Below are positions 21,540 through 31,446 of a DNA stretch of 64,000 bases, in pieces. The DNA is from an uncultured Prochlorococcus sp. (GTDB taxonomy: Bacteria; Cyanobacteriota; Cyanobacteriia; PCC-6307; Cyanobiaceae): NCBI GenBank assembly GCA_902596585.1, contig CACJUL010000001.1, positions 16,659 through 80,658 of the forward strand, given 5' to 3'. Within the stretch, counting starts at the first letter, position 1. Every line of letters starts with the position of its first letter. The notes beneath the pieces were generated by a model that did not search any database, was not told the DNA's origin, and saw only the letters and a list, made by a program, of their open reading frames with translations. A program made the translations under genes and the position numbers.

Positions 21540-24500
21540 ATGAGAGAGAGTATTAAAAAGATCGAAGGGCCATATCAGGATAGTTTCTCCCCAAATGGAA
21601 TCATTGGGGAAAAGGATGCTTGTGGAGTTGGTTTTATAGCAAATGTTGAAGGTATTGAAAGTAACTGGATACTAAAACAATCATTAAAAGGTCTTACCTG
21701 CATGGAACACAGAGGAGGTTGTGGAGGTGATAGTGATTCAGGCGATGGAGCGGGTATTTTATGTTCAATTCCTTGGAAATACTTTGAAGAAAAAATAAAC
21801 CTAGAAAATAAAAAAGATTTTGATAGAGGTTTAGGCATGATTTTCATGCCAAATAACAATGAAAAAATTGAAGAATGTAAATCAATATGTGATAAAGAAG
21901 CTGAAAAATTGGGGATAAAGCATACTTTTTGGAGAACTGTACCTGTAAATAATGAAATCTTAGGCCCTTTAGCCAAGGCAAATGCTCCATTCATTAGTCA
22001 GTGGTTCTTACATATTTACAAAAAAGATAATCAGGATATTGAAAAACTATTATTCCAATTAAGAAAGAGAATTGAAACAAAAATAAGGGAATCCTTTAAA
22101 AACCATGTCGGGGATTGTGAATTCTATTTTGCCTCTCTTAGCTCTCAAACAGTTGTATATAAAGGTATGGTTAGGTCTGAAATTTTATCTGAGTTTTATC
22201 TAGATCTAAAGCAAGAGAATTTTAAAGTTTCATTTTCTGTTTATCACAGAAGATTTAGTACCAATACACTTCCAAAATGGCCATTAGCTCAACCAATGAG
22301 ATTTTTAGGTCATAACGGTGAAATAAATACTCTTTTAGGAAATATTAATTGGGCCAAAGCTTCAGAAACACATATTGACGATTTTTGGGGGGAATTATCT
22401 AATGAAATCAAGCCTATTGTGGATGTAAACAAAAGTGATTCATCCAATCTTGATGCAACACTTGAAATTAATATTCGTTCAGGTCAACCTATTACTGACT
22501 CATTATTAAAACTTGTTCCTGAAGCATTTAGAGATCAACCGGAGCTTGAAAATAGAGATGATATTAAAGCGTTTTATGAGTATTCTGCGAGCCTACAAGA
22601 AGCTTGGGATGGTCCTGCTCTCCTCGTTTTTGCTGATGGAAATTCGGTCGGTGCAACTCTTGATAGAAATGGACTAAGACCCGCAAGATATTCCATCACA
22701 AATGATGGATTTGTAATCATGGGTTCGGAAACAGGAGTAGTAGATCTTGAAGAGGAAAGAGTAATTGAGAAAGGCCGATTAGGACCAGGGCAAATGTTAG
22801 CAGTTAATTTTCGTCAAAATAGAATTTTAAGAAATTGGGATGTCAAATCTGAAGCAGCTCAAAGGCATGATTATAAAAAACTCCTAAGTAATAGAACTAT
22901 AAAAATCAAAAATAATGAATGGGTTAAAGACTGCAAACTAAAAGATCTTGAGTTGTTACAGCAACAAACTGCATATGGTTTTTCAGCCGAAGATAATGAT
23001 CTCATTTTAGATTCAATGGCTTCATTAGCTAAAGAGCCTACATATTGCATGGGCGACGACATCCCATTAGCAGTGCTTTCATCAAAGCCACACATTTTAT
23101 ATGACTATTTCAAGCAAAGATTTGCACAAGTAACTAATCCCCCTATTGACCCTTTAAGAGAAAAACTGGTAATGAGTTTAGAGATGCATCTTGGAGAGAG
23201 ATGTACTCCATTTGAGATTAAAGATCCAAAACCGTTTGTTCATCTACAAAGTCCAATTCTTAATGAGGAAGAACTCCTTTCCATTAAAAAATCAAAAATT
23301 AAATCTAAAACAATTTCAAGTTTATTTGATATTGAAGAAGGTGTTCAAGGCTTAGAGAACAAACTAAAAGCAATTTGTAAGGAGAGTGAGCTCTCTTTAA
23401 AAGAAGGTTGCTCTTTAATTATTATTTCTGATAAAGGAATTAATCCTAAAAAGACTTATATTCCTCCTTTACTTGCTGTTGGCGCAATTCATCATTATCT
23501 CCTTAAAAAAGAAATTAGACTAAAAGCCTCTTTAATAATTGAGACAGGTCAATGTTGGAGTACACACCACTTAGCTTGTTTAATTGGTTATGGTGCAAGT
23601 GCGGTTTGCCCTTGGTTGACCTTCGAGGCAGGTAGACATTGGTTAAAACATCCAAAAACTCAAAAACTTATTGATAGCAAAAAAATAAATCCATTATCAA
23701 TAATTGATGTTCAAGAAAATATTAAAAAAGCTCTAGAGGACGGTCTAAGAAAAATTCTTTCAAAAATCGGTATATCACTTTTATCTAGTTACCATGGAGC
23801 ACAAATTTTTGAAGCTGTAGGCCTTGGATCTGACTTAATCAAAATTGCTTTTGATGGTACAACAAGTCGAATAGCTGGAATAACATTAAAAGAATTAACT
23901 AATGAAACTCTTTTAATTCATACGAAAGCCTACCCAGAGATTGATTTAAAGAAATTAGAATTTTTAGGATTCGTACAATTTAGAAATAATGGTGAATATC
24001 ATTCCAATAATCCAGAAATGTCCAAAGTTTTACATTCGGCTGTGAAACAGGGACCGGGATACGATCATTTTGAAACTTACAAAAAACTGATCAGTAATAG
24101 GCCGGCCACATCTTTAAGAGATTTACTAACAATTAGTTCGCAAAGAGAAAGTATTCCACTTGAGGCAGTTGAAAGTGTTGAGTCAATTTGCAAAAGATTT
24201 TGCACTGGAGGAATGAGTTTGGGTGCATTGTCAAGAGAAGCCCACGAAGTTTTAGCAGTTGCAATGAACAGAATTGGTGGGAAAAGTAATAGTGGAGAAG
24301 GAGGAGAAGATCCAGCTCGTTTTAATGTTTTAAATGATATCGATGAAAATACTCAATCAGCGACATTACCATTTATAAAAGGTTTAGAAAATGGAGACAC
24401 TGCATGCTCAGCTATTAAACAAATAGCATCAGGTAGATTTGGAGTTACGCCTGAATATTTAAGAAGTGGTAAACAACTCGAAATTAAAATGGCTCAAGGA

Positions 24501-26114
24501 GCAAAGCCTGGAGAAGGAGGACAATTACCTGGTCCAAAAGTTGATTCTTACATCGCAAAACTAAGAAATAGTAAACCTGGGGTAGCCCTAATATCTCCTC
24601 CCCCTCATCATGATATTTATTCGATCGAAGATTTAGCTCAACTTATCCACGACTTACACCAAGTCCATCCAAAAGCGAAAGTAAGCGTTAAACTTGTTTC
24701 TGAAATTGGTATCGGCACTATCGCTGCTGGAGTAAGCAAAGCTAATGCAGATGTAATTCAAATTTCAGGACATGATGGAGGTACAGGTGCTTCGCCTCTA
24801 AGTTCTATAAAACATGCAGGTTTACCATGGGAACTAGGAGTTGCTGAGGTTCACAAATCTCTATTAGAGAATAACTTACGTAAAAGAGTAATTTTGAGAA
24901 CTGATGGCGGTCTTAAAACAGGCTGGGATGTAGTTATTGCAGCGTTACTAGGGGCTGAAGAATACGGTTTCGGTTCTGTTGCAATGATCGCGGAGGGATG
25001 CATAATGGCTCGGGTTTGTCATACAAACAAGTGTCCTGTTGGAGTTGCTACTCAAAAAGAGGAATTAAGAAAAAGATTTAAGGGGATTCCAGAAAATGTT
25101 GTAAATTTTTTCTTGTATATTGCTGAAGAAGTGAGACAGATAATGAGTAGTATCGGAGTATCTTGTATGGAAGAACTGATTGGCAACCAAGAATTTCTTT
25201 CTACAAGAAATACATGCCTTCCAAAAACTTCTAATTTTGATCTTTCTTCTTTAGTCAATAATGAATTTTCAACCAACAACAGATCATGGTTAAAACATTC
25301 AAACAATGCTCATAGCAATGGTTATGTATTAGAGGACGAGTTTTTATCTGATGCTGAATTCATAGATTCAATTAAAAATCATAAAAAGTTAACCAAAGAA
25401 ATTGAGATAAAAAATACAGATAGAAGTGTTTGTGCAAAGATATCAGGCGAAATAGCAGAACTTCATGGCAACACTGGGTTCAATGGGCAACTAAATTTAA
25501 ATTTCAAAGGATATGCAGGACAAAGTTTTGGTGCCTTTTTATTGAAGGGTATGAATGTTCAATTAATCGGGGAAGCTAATGATTATGTTTGTAAAGGAAT
25601 GAATGGTGGAATCCTCACAATAATTCCACCAAAAATCGATGAAATTTCCTCCGAACATGTAATACTAGGAAACACCTGTCTTTATGGAGCCACAGGAGGA
25701 AAATTGTTTGCTTTAGGAAAATCGGGAGAAAGATTTGCAGTAAGAAATAGTGGGGCCACAGCAGTAACAGAGGGCGCAGGTGATCATTGTTGTGAATACA
25801 TGACTGGTGGAAAAGTGGTTATTCTAGGTTCCACTGGAAGGAACATTGGTGCGGGCATGACTGGTGGAATTGCTTTCATACTCGATGAACATAATGATTT
25901 AAGTGATAAAATTAATAGTGAAATAGTTAGTATTTACAAAATAACTTCATCAAAGCAAGAAAAGATATTTTTGGAAATTATTAAAGAATATCAAGCAAAA
26001 ACAAATAGCTTAAAGGCTGCAAAAATAATTGAAAATTGGTCTTATTTTAAGAGTATTTTTAAGTTAATAGTTCCCCCAAGCGAGGAAGAAATGCTTGGCA
26101 TCAAGAAGATGTAA
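21540..26114 (+). CDS. glsF: Ferredoxin-dependent glutamate synthase (Fd-GOGAT)
   Basis: DACGVGF amidotransferase start, HRRFSTNT, QGAKPGEGGQL, CIMARVCHTNKC 3Fe-4S motif, GXGXG C-terminal domain; no small-subunit gene follows. Confidence 0.97.
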   Translation: MRESIKKIEGPYQDSFSPNGIIGEKDACGVGFIANVEGIESNWILKQSLKGLTCMEHRGGCGGDSDSGDGAGILCSIPWKYFEEKINLENKKDFDRGLGMIFMPNNNEKIEECKSICDKEAEKLGIKHTFWRTVPVNNEILGPLAKANAPFISQWFLHIYKKDNQDIEKLLFQLRKRIETKIRESFKNHVGDCEFYFASLSSQTVVYKGMVRSEILSEFYLDLKQENFKVSFSVYHRRFSTNTLPKWPLAQPMRFLGHNGEINTLLGNINWAKASETHIDDFWGELSNEIKPIVDVNKSDSSNLDATLEINIRSGQPITDSLLKLVPEAFRDQPELENRDDIKAFYEYSASLQEAWDGPALLVFADGNSVGATLDRNGLRPARYSITNDGFVIMGSETGVVDLEEERVIEKGRLGPGQMLAVNFRQNRILRNWDVKSEAAQRHDYKKLLSNRTIKIKNNEWVKDCKLKDLELLQQQTAYGFSAEDNDLILDSMASLAKEPTYCMGDDIPLAVLSSKPHILYDYFKQRFAQVTNPPIDPLREKLVMSLEMHLGERCTPFEIKDPKPFVHLQSPILNEEELLSIKKSKIKSKTISSLFDIEEGVQGLENKLKAICKESELSLKEGCSLIIISDKGINPKKTYIPPLLAVGAIHHYLLKKEIRLKASLIIETGQCWSTHHLACLIGYGASAVCPWLTFEAGRHWLKHPKTQKLIDSKKINPLSIIDVQENIKKALEDGLRKILSKIGISLLSSYHGAQIFEAVGLGSDLIKIAFDGTTSRIAGITLKELTNETLLIHTKAYPEIDLKKLEFLGFVQFRNNGEYHSNNPEMSKVLHSAVKQGPGYDHFETYKKLISNRPATSLRDLLTISSQRESIPLEAVESVESICKRFCTGGMSLGALSREAHEVLAVAMNRIGGKSNSGEGGEDPARFNVLNDIDENTQSATLPFIKGLENGDTACSAIKQIASGRFGVTPEYLRSGKQLEIKMAQGAKPGEGGQLPGPKVDSYIAKLRNSKPGVALISPPPHHDIYSIEDLAQLIHDLHQVHPKAKVSVKLVSEIGIGTIAAGVSKANADVIQISGHDGGTGASPLSSIKHAGLPWELGVAEVHKSLLENNLRKRVILRTDGGLKTGWDVVIAALLGAEEYGFGSVAMIAEGCIMARVCHTNKCPVGVATQKEELRKRFKGIPENVVNFFLYIAEEVRQIMSSIGVSCMEELIGNQEFLSTRNTCLPKTSNFDLSSLVNNEFSTNNRSWLKHSNNAHSNGYVLEDEFLSDAEFIDSIKNHKKLTKEIEIKNTDRSVCAKISGEIAELHGNTGFNGQLNLNFKGYAGQSFGAFLLKGMNVQLIGEANDYVCKGMNGGILTIIPPKIDEISSEHVILGNTCLYGATGGKLFALGKSGERFAVRNSGATAVTEGAGDHCCEYMTGGKVVILGSTGRNIGAGMTGGIAFILDEHNDLSDKINSEIVSIYKITSSKQEKIFLEIIKEYQAKTNSLKAAKIIENWSYFKSIFKLIVPPSEEEMLGIKKM

Positions 26115-26414
26115 ATGCCTTTCTTTGTAAAGACTGAAATTATAAAAAAAGAATACTTAATTAATGGTGATTTAAAACGAAAAATAATTAAGGAACATAT
26201 TAATTGGATAAAAAAATTAAAAAAAAAAGGTATCAATATAAAAAGTGGATTTTTGATAGATGAGTTAAAGAGACCAGGTGACGGAGGATTACTGATTATT
26301 GAGATGAAAAATTATAAAAATGCATTAAAAATCATCAAAAATGATCCAATGATTACAAATAATCTAGTTGAGTGGAAATTAAATGAGTGGGTAGATTCAA
26401 ATCAAGACAAATGA
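26115..26414 (+). CDS. YciI-family protein
   Basis: EHINW, SGFL, GGLL and NDPM motifs; abuts glsF stop. Confidence 0.85.
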   Translation: MPFFVKTEIIKKEYLINGDLKRKIIKEHINWIKKLKKKGINIKSGFLIDELKRPGDGGLLIIEMKNYKNALKIIKNDPMITNNLVEWKLNEWVDSNQDK

Positions 26415-27308
26415 CTATCTTGGATACTTTTTCATCAGTTTTTGAATCTCTTCAGCATGGTAACTGCTGCGAGTTAAAGGAGAACTAACTACTTGCATAA
26501 AGTCCAAATCTGTTTCCCCGAAAACTTTAAAATAATTAAATTTTGAGGGACTCACAAATCTTTGAACAGGTAAATGATTAGGACCAGGAGATAAATATTG
26601 GCCAATAGTAACAATATCAACGTAATTACTTTTTAAATCCCTAAGAAGACCCAAAACCTCCTCATCCGTTTCCCCTAAACCAAGCATAAATCCTGACTTT
26701 GTATAAACTTTAGGAGAAAAATCTCTAGTTCTTTTAAGCAACTCTAGAGTTCTCTCATATTTACCCTGAGGTCTTACTTTTTTATATAGCGAAGGAACAG
26801 TTTCAATATTATGGTTTAAAACATTTGGATTAGAATCAAGAACTTTTTCAAGCGCTTTCCAGTTACCACAAAAATCAGGAATTAAAAGCTCAATAGTAGT
26901 TTTAGGAGATTGTTTTCTTACTTGATAAACACATTTGAAAAATTGAGATGCGCCACCATCATTAAGGTCGTCTCTATTAACTGATGTTATTACAACATGT
27001 TTAAGTTTCATTCTATAAACAGCTTCGGCCAGACGATATGGTTCTGTTGGGTCTAAATCCCTCTTAGATCTATCAAAATCAATATCACAATACGGACATG
27101 CCCTAGTACATCCAGGACCCATTATGAGAAAAGTTGCGGTTCCACTGGCAAAACATTCACCTATATTTGGACAGCTTGCTTCTTGACAAACAGTATTTAG
27201 ATTTAAATCATTTAATAAATTTGCAGTTTTACCAATTCTCTCAACTTGTGGAGCTTTTACTCTTAACCAATCAGGTTTTGAAATTAAACTGTTGGGTTTA
27301 TTAGTCAA
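26415..27308 (-). CDS. lipA: Lipoyl synthase
   Basis: [33 protein letters not shown]. Confidence 0.98.
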   Translation of the reverse strand: MTNKPNSLISKPDWLRVKAPQVERIGKTANLLNDLNLNTVCQEASCPNIGECFASGTATFLIMGPGCTRACPYCDIDFDRSKRDLDPTEPYRLAEAVYRMKLKHVVITSVNRDDLNDGGASQFFKCVYQVRKQSPKTTIELLIPDFCGNWKALEKVLDSNPNVLNHNIETVPSLYKKVRPQGKYERTLELLKRTRDFSPKVYTKSGFMLGLGETDEEVLGLLRDLKSNYVDIVTIGQYLSPGPNHLPVQRFVSPSKFNYFKVFGETDLDFMQVVSSPLTRSSYHAEEIQKLMKKYPR

Positions 27309-27646
27309 ATTAATTAGTCATAGCGCATAATTTTATTTTAGTAAAAACTAGATGAATTAACTATTACTAATTTATGGGATGATGCCCATACAATAAACGT
27401 CAAAAAATAAATGAATTTAACAAAACTATTTATGATTTAGAAGATCTTAATTAAATCAATAATCACAATATTAATGTTCCAATAACTAATATAAGGACAG
27501 AATCTAGAACGTTCTTTTAAACACAGATTCCAGAACAATTTATTTTTACTAATTTTTAAAAAATGTAGATAAATCGATACTTTATAGACTAGTCAGTGTT
27601 TTTTTGTATATTTATTGATACAGTAAAAAATATATGTAAAAAAACA

Positions 27647-28282
27647 TTGACTTTTAAATTCAAAAGAAAACGTCTTTTACTATCTGAAAAAAATAAACAA
27701 TCTAAAGCTGTTGGGTATGCTAGAGCTACTCAAAATGAATTTGAATATTTAAACGAGCAGATAAAACATCTAAAGGAAGAGGGTTGCAGTGTAATATTCT
27801 CTGAATTAGTAGGTCTAGGTGAAGAAATAAAACCCCAACTCAATAAAGCTATAAATTTCTTATCTAAAGGCGATTCATTTATAATGACTCAACTTGATCG
27901 AGCTTTTAAAAATAAAAAAGAATGTTTGGTGACAATAAATAAACTCATAAATATGGATATTAAATTCCGAACTTTAGATGGTTTTTTTGCAGCTAATGAT
28001 TCTTCTAAAATAAGTTCTTCAATTTTTAAGATTTTATATGAATTGGATAATTTAGATGCCAAAAGTTTCGGTGAAAGAAAAAAAGAAGAGCTTTTGCGTA
28101 GAAAATTATCTGGAAATAATCTAGGGGGAAGGCCCAAGATAAGTACTTTAAAAGAATCTCTTGTAATAAGATTGCGTAGTGAAGGATATTCATATCGATC
28201 AATAAGAGCACAAACAGGAATTGCATTGTCAACAATTAGACGAGTGATTATAGAGGGAGAAATAGAAGGAGAAATAAAATGA
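27647..28282 (+). CDS. Resolvase/invertase-type serine recombinase homolog with degenerate active site and intact C-terminal HTH
   Basis: GYARAT, LDRAFKN, GGRPK arm, HTH GYSYRSIRAQTGIALSTIRR. Start uncertain: GTG 27596 or in-frame TTG 27647. Confidence 0.85.
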   Translation: MTFKFKRKRLLLSEKNKQSKAVGYARATQNEFEYLNEQIKHLKEEGCSVIFSELVGLGEEIKPQLNKAINFLSKGDSFIMTQLDRAFKNKKECLVTINKLINMDIKFRTLDGFFAANDSSKISSSIFKILYELDNLDAKSFGERKKEELLRRKLSGNNLGGRPKISTLKESLVIRLRSEGYSYRSIRAQTGIALSTIRRVIIEGEIEGEIK

Positions 28283-28491
28283 GGAATGAAGAAATTGAGA
28301 ACTTAATTAAAGAAAATTTGAAAGATACAGCATTGCGTATTTATGAATTGGATAATGAAGATAGAAGAAGTTTGTTAGCGGAATATAAGGAATGGATTTT
28401 AAATGAAATAAATTCTGTTGAGATATTGATGCTTCCTTATGAGGCCTATACTGATAAATTTGATTCTAATTTTTTTGATGAATCACTTTAG
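28279..28491 (+). CDS. Small acidic hypothetical protein
   Basis: 70-aa ORF with ATGA overlap to the recombinase stop and an upstream GGAG; DRRSLLAEYKEWI. Confidence 0.65.
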   Translation: MRNEEIENLIKENLKDTALRIYELDNEDRRSLLAEYKEWILNEINSVEILMLPYEAYTDKFDSNFFDESL

Positions 28492-29396
28492 TCATCAATA
28501 ATGTATCTCTTATTAAATTCGTGAACTTCTTTTGCGATTAAGGGTAAGAAAGAAGTATCTTTGGAATATTTTTCTCCATCACAAAAAACTACTAATAAAG
28601 TTTGTAAAGACTGATTATTAATCCACCAAGCAGAATCATGCCTAACTTCAGACATTAATCCTGCTTTACTCCAAAGCTTTGTACTTTCTGGTAGTCCTTC
28701 ACCTAAAAAACCATCGATTTGATTTAAAGAATCACGTTCAAGAGCAGCTTTATTTAAATCTCTTGTTAAAAAATCTCTTAAGTGTAAATCGTCTTTTTGA
28801 TAATCAATATGAATCATAATTTCCTCAAAAACTCGTGCAGTTGAATCTGTTGTCATTGCATTGCGATTTTTGTTCTCGTATCCATAAAATTCTTTTTCTC
28901 GACCAAATGGTCCATCGTCCCAAGTTTTCTGACAACAATTAATACCGATCAATTCCTCCCAATGAAAATCATGTAGCCAATCATTTATTATGTTTCTTTG
29001 ATATTTCCAGTTTTCCCATAATTCTCCTTCAATACAAGGTCCACTTGTGGTTCCAGTAAGTAAATCAATTAAAAAGCTTGTAGCATTATTACTTGAGAAA
29101 GATAACATTTTCACTACAGCATCAATTATTTCGTCTGACAATAATAGACTTCCTTTTTTAATCCAATAATATGCAGCAAGACCATAAACCAACTTGACTA
29201 TGCTGGCAGGATAAAACATTTTTTTATTATTAATGCCATATCCAAAACCTTTAAAAACTCTTTTATTTTCAATTTTGTAGTTTATCCAAGTTATAGCAAT
29301 ATCTTCTCTTGAAAAATCTTTATTATGGGAGCATACTCTCTGTAAACAATCATTTAAGGCTAGACCCATCTCTTTATTTAAGTAATAAAAGGACAT
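28488..29396 (-). CDS. Class A beta-lactamase-like serine hydrolase (PBP-like)
   Basis: SxxK (PASIVK), SxN (SSN) and KxG (KAG) motifs. Confidence 0.88.
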   Translation of the reverse strand: MSFYYLNKEMGLALNDCLQRVCSHNKDFSREDIAITWINYKIENKRVFKGFGYGINNKKMFYPASIVKLVYGLAAYYWIKKGSLLLSDEIIDAVVKMLSFSSNNATSFLIDLLTGTTSGPCIEGELWENWKYQRNIINDWLHDFHWEELIGINCCQKTWDDGPFGREKEFYGYENKNRNAMTTDSTARVFEEIMIHIDYQKDDLHLRDFLTRDLNKAALERDSLNQIDGFLGEGLPESTKLWSKAGLMSEVRHDSAWWINNQSLQTLLVVFCDGEKYSKDTSFLPLIAKEVHEFNKRYIIDD

Positions 29397-29399
29397 TGT

Positions 29400-30158
29400 A
29401 TGAAAAAATATAAAGACCCTATCTCACTATTTAAACAAACAAATTTTTCAAAGACTATTTGGTGGAAACTAAAAGTTAATATTTCTGGATATCAAAATCA
29501 AACAGAAAATAAATTAGTTACTGAAATTTTTAAAAGTAGAATTTTCAAACTTATTTACCCAGATAGCCATCAATACTCCCATCAATTATCAAGAATTTTA
29601 ATTCAATTATATGAAGATGGTTATGTCTGTTGGGTAAATTTAAATGGATTAATTATTGAGAAACACGAACTAAGAAAAACAGAGAAAGTGAAAAATGGAC
29701 AATCACTTATTATGGATCAAGTTCCTTCAATCTTAAAATGGATCGAGGATCAGGCTGATTTAACTAACAAATATCTTTGGGGAGGAACATTAGGACCCAA
29801 TTTTGATTGTTCCGGGCTAATTCAGACTGCTTTTTTCAAGCATCATATTTATATACCTAGAGATTCATATCAAATAAAAAGTTTTTGTAAACACCTTTTT
29901 TACTTAGAAGAATCTTATGACTCTCTTCAACCAGGCGACCTTTTATTCTTTGGAAATAAAATGAAATGTGATCATATTGGAATCTACAAAGGAGATGGTT
30001 TATATTACCATAGCTCTGGCAGGGAGTTTGGTAGAAACGGTATAGGATTAGATACCTTAAAAAATTCTCATGACAAAATCTCTACACATTATAAATCAAA
30101 GCTAATTTCCGCAGGAAGGATAGTTAAATCTTATAGATGGGATAGAACTATACGTTAA
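29400..30158 (+). CDS. NlpC/P60 (C40) cell-wall peptidase
   Basis: YLWGG...FDCSGL, PRDS, PGDLLFF, HIGIY. Confidence 0.93.
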   Translation: MKKYKDPISLFKQTNFSKTIWWKLKVNISGYQNQTENKLVTEIFKSRIFKLIYPDSHQYSHQLSRILIQLYEDGYVCWVNLNGLIIEKHELRKTEKVKNGQSLIMDQVPSILKWIEDQADLTNKYLWGGTLGPNFDCSGLIQTAFFKHHIYIPRDSYQIKSFCKHLFYLEESYDSLQPGDLLFFGNKMKCDHIGIYKGDGLYYHSSGREFGRNGIGLDTLKNSHDKISTHYKSKLISAGRIVKSYRWDRTIR

Positions 30159-30227
30159 TAAGTAAAGCTAACAGTTCAATTACAATTGAAATTAAATTTA
30201 TAAATCTTCCTTATTCTTTTTTTAGAA

Positions 30228-30827
30228 TCAACCTGCAGTCCAAATATTTTTAATAATTGGCATAATAGTATCTAAATGTAATGTTCCAACAAGTAGCCAA
30301 GCAAAAACTGCACCTCCACAGCCTCCTAACCAAAATCCACTTGTGAAGTCAGCCCAACCTGCTCTGGTAAATAAGTCCTTTGGTGGATTATTGACAGTCG
30401 CATCTGGAGGTTGCACATTAGGTGCTTTGCCGGGAGCATTATATAGAACAAAAAGTGCAGTCAAAATATGAACAGCTCCAATTGCTGCAAGGAGTCCAGC
30501 TGTCAAAGCAAATTCAGAATTTCTTAATGGACCAGTCATGGTGAAAGGTCCGTATAAAAGATATCCAAAAGCTGCTCCAGTTTCTAATCCCCTAAAGTTA
30601 GGAGAAATACCTTCTCTGTAAAAAGGCAAATTGTTAATAAAGGCTTTTGTAAAGTATCCACTATTTACTGGTGTAGCTAAATTACCAACACATGGATCAG
30701 CAACGGTTTTTACTGCCCATTGATCTGCAACGCCAATATCATTTGGCTGAACAGAGTTATCTATGTATTTCTCATCAAACTTAATTGAACTTGTTGATTC
30801 TGAGAATGATTTTTGAAAGTCGCTCAT
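30228..30827 (-). CDS. psaL: Photosystem I subunit XI (PsaL), N-terminally extended
   Basis: [36 protein letters not shown]. Confidence 0.97.
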   Translation of the reverse strand: MSDFQKSFSESTSSIKFDEKYIDNSVQPNDIGVADQWAVKTVADPCVGNLATPVNSGYFTKAFINNLPFYREGISPNFRGLETGAAFGYLLYGPFTMTGPLRNSEFALTAGLLAAIGAVHILTALFVLYNAPGKAPNVQPPDATVNNPPKDLFTRAGWADFTSGFWLGGCGGAVFAWLLVGTLHLDTIMPIIKNIWTAG

Positions 30828-30854
30828 TTTTTTAATAGTTTAGTTTTTAATAAT

Positions 30855-30968
30855 TTATTCAGTTGCTGTAATAAATCTTCCAATCAATACGATAAAAACA
30901 GCAGGCATTGCTATACCAATTAATGGAACAAAAATTGAGGGTAAGAGACTTGGTAAATCAGATGGCAT
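30855..30968 (-). CDS. psaI: Photosystem I subunit VIII (PsaI), 37 aa, not in the ORF track
   Basis: Hand translation MPSDLPSLLPSIFVPLIGIAMPAVFIVLIGRFITATE; LPSIFVPL signature; directly upstream of psaL. Confidence 0.95.
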   Translation of the reverse strand: MPSDLPSLLPSIFVPLIGIAMPAVFIVLIGRFITATE

Positions 30969-31060
30969 AGTTCGTTAAACATCTTTAAACACTTTAGTAT
31001 TTATCTGCGAAATAGTGTTAATTTTATTACTGGATGATATAAAAATTATTAACTTTTTAC

Positions 31061-31441
31061 ATGTTAAATTTTTTCGCAATTGTACTTATTATTTTTATAG
31101 GAATATTACTTCTGGTTTTTAAAAAAAGAACCTTTAAAAGTTTAATAAATATGAGGAATTTATATTCAGTTAAATTAGAGAATAATAATAAATTTCTATC
31201 TAATCAAAAAAGTTTTTTATACAAGCACGAAGAAAAAAAATACTCATTATTTTATAAAAATTCTCAAAGAAATAAAATGCTTAGTCTATTTCAGGGTAAT
31301 ACTGAAGATAAATTAAAAGCTTTAAAAATTGCGGAAGAATTGGCTGATAAATCAACATTACCAATTTTAAGAAAAGGCTTAAGAGATACTTCTCCTAAAG
31401 TTATTCAGATTTCAGCTTTATTAATAAGAAAGTTCAAGTAA
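31061..31441 (+). CDS. Membrane-anchored HEAT-repeat-like hypothetical protein
   Basis: N-terminal TM helix; C-terminal LPILRKGLRDTSPKV HEAT-like motif. Confidence 0.7.
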   Translation: MLNFFAIVLIIFIGILLLVFKKRTFKSLINMRNLYSVKLENNNKFLSNQKSFLYKHEEKKYSLFYKNSQRNKMLSLFQGNTEDKLKALKIAEELADKSTLPILRKGLRDTSPKVIQISALLIRKFK

Positions 31442-31446
31442 AAAAT

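Noticed and set aside
27373-27390. TATGGG-ATGATG-CCCATA hairpin upstream of lipA; GGGATGA resembles the reverse-complemented 3' end of a tRNA-Pro
   Set aside because: A 7-nt match and a 6-bp stem are too little to call a tRNA relic or att site, and no cloverleaf can be folded.
27606-27621. GTA...TAC as an NtcA site
   Set aside because: The spacer is 10 nt, not the required 8. I also found no GTA-N8-TAC upstream of glsF.
28250-28276. 12-bp tandem duplication (IEGE-IEGE) at the end of the recombinase gene
   Set aside because: A trivial slippage duplication; at most it supplies the Shine-Dalgarno for the next ORF.
30175-30190. TTCAATT-AC-AATTGAA inverted repeat between the NlpC/P60 gene and psaL
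   Set aside because: Too AT-rich, with too small a loop, to call a terminator.
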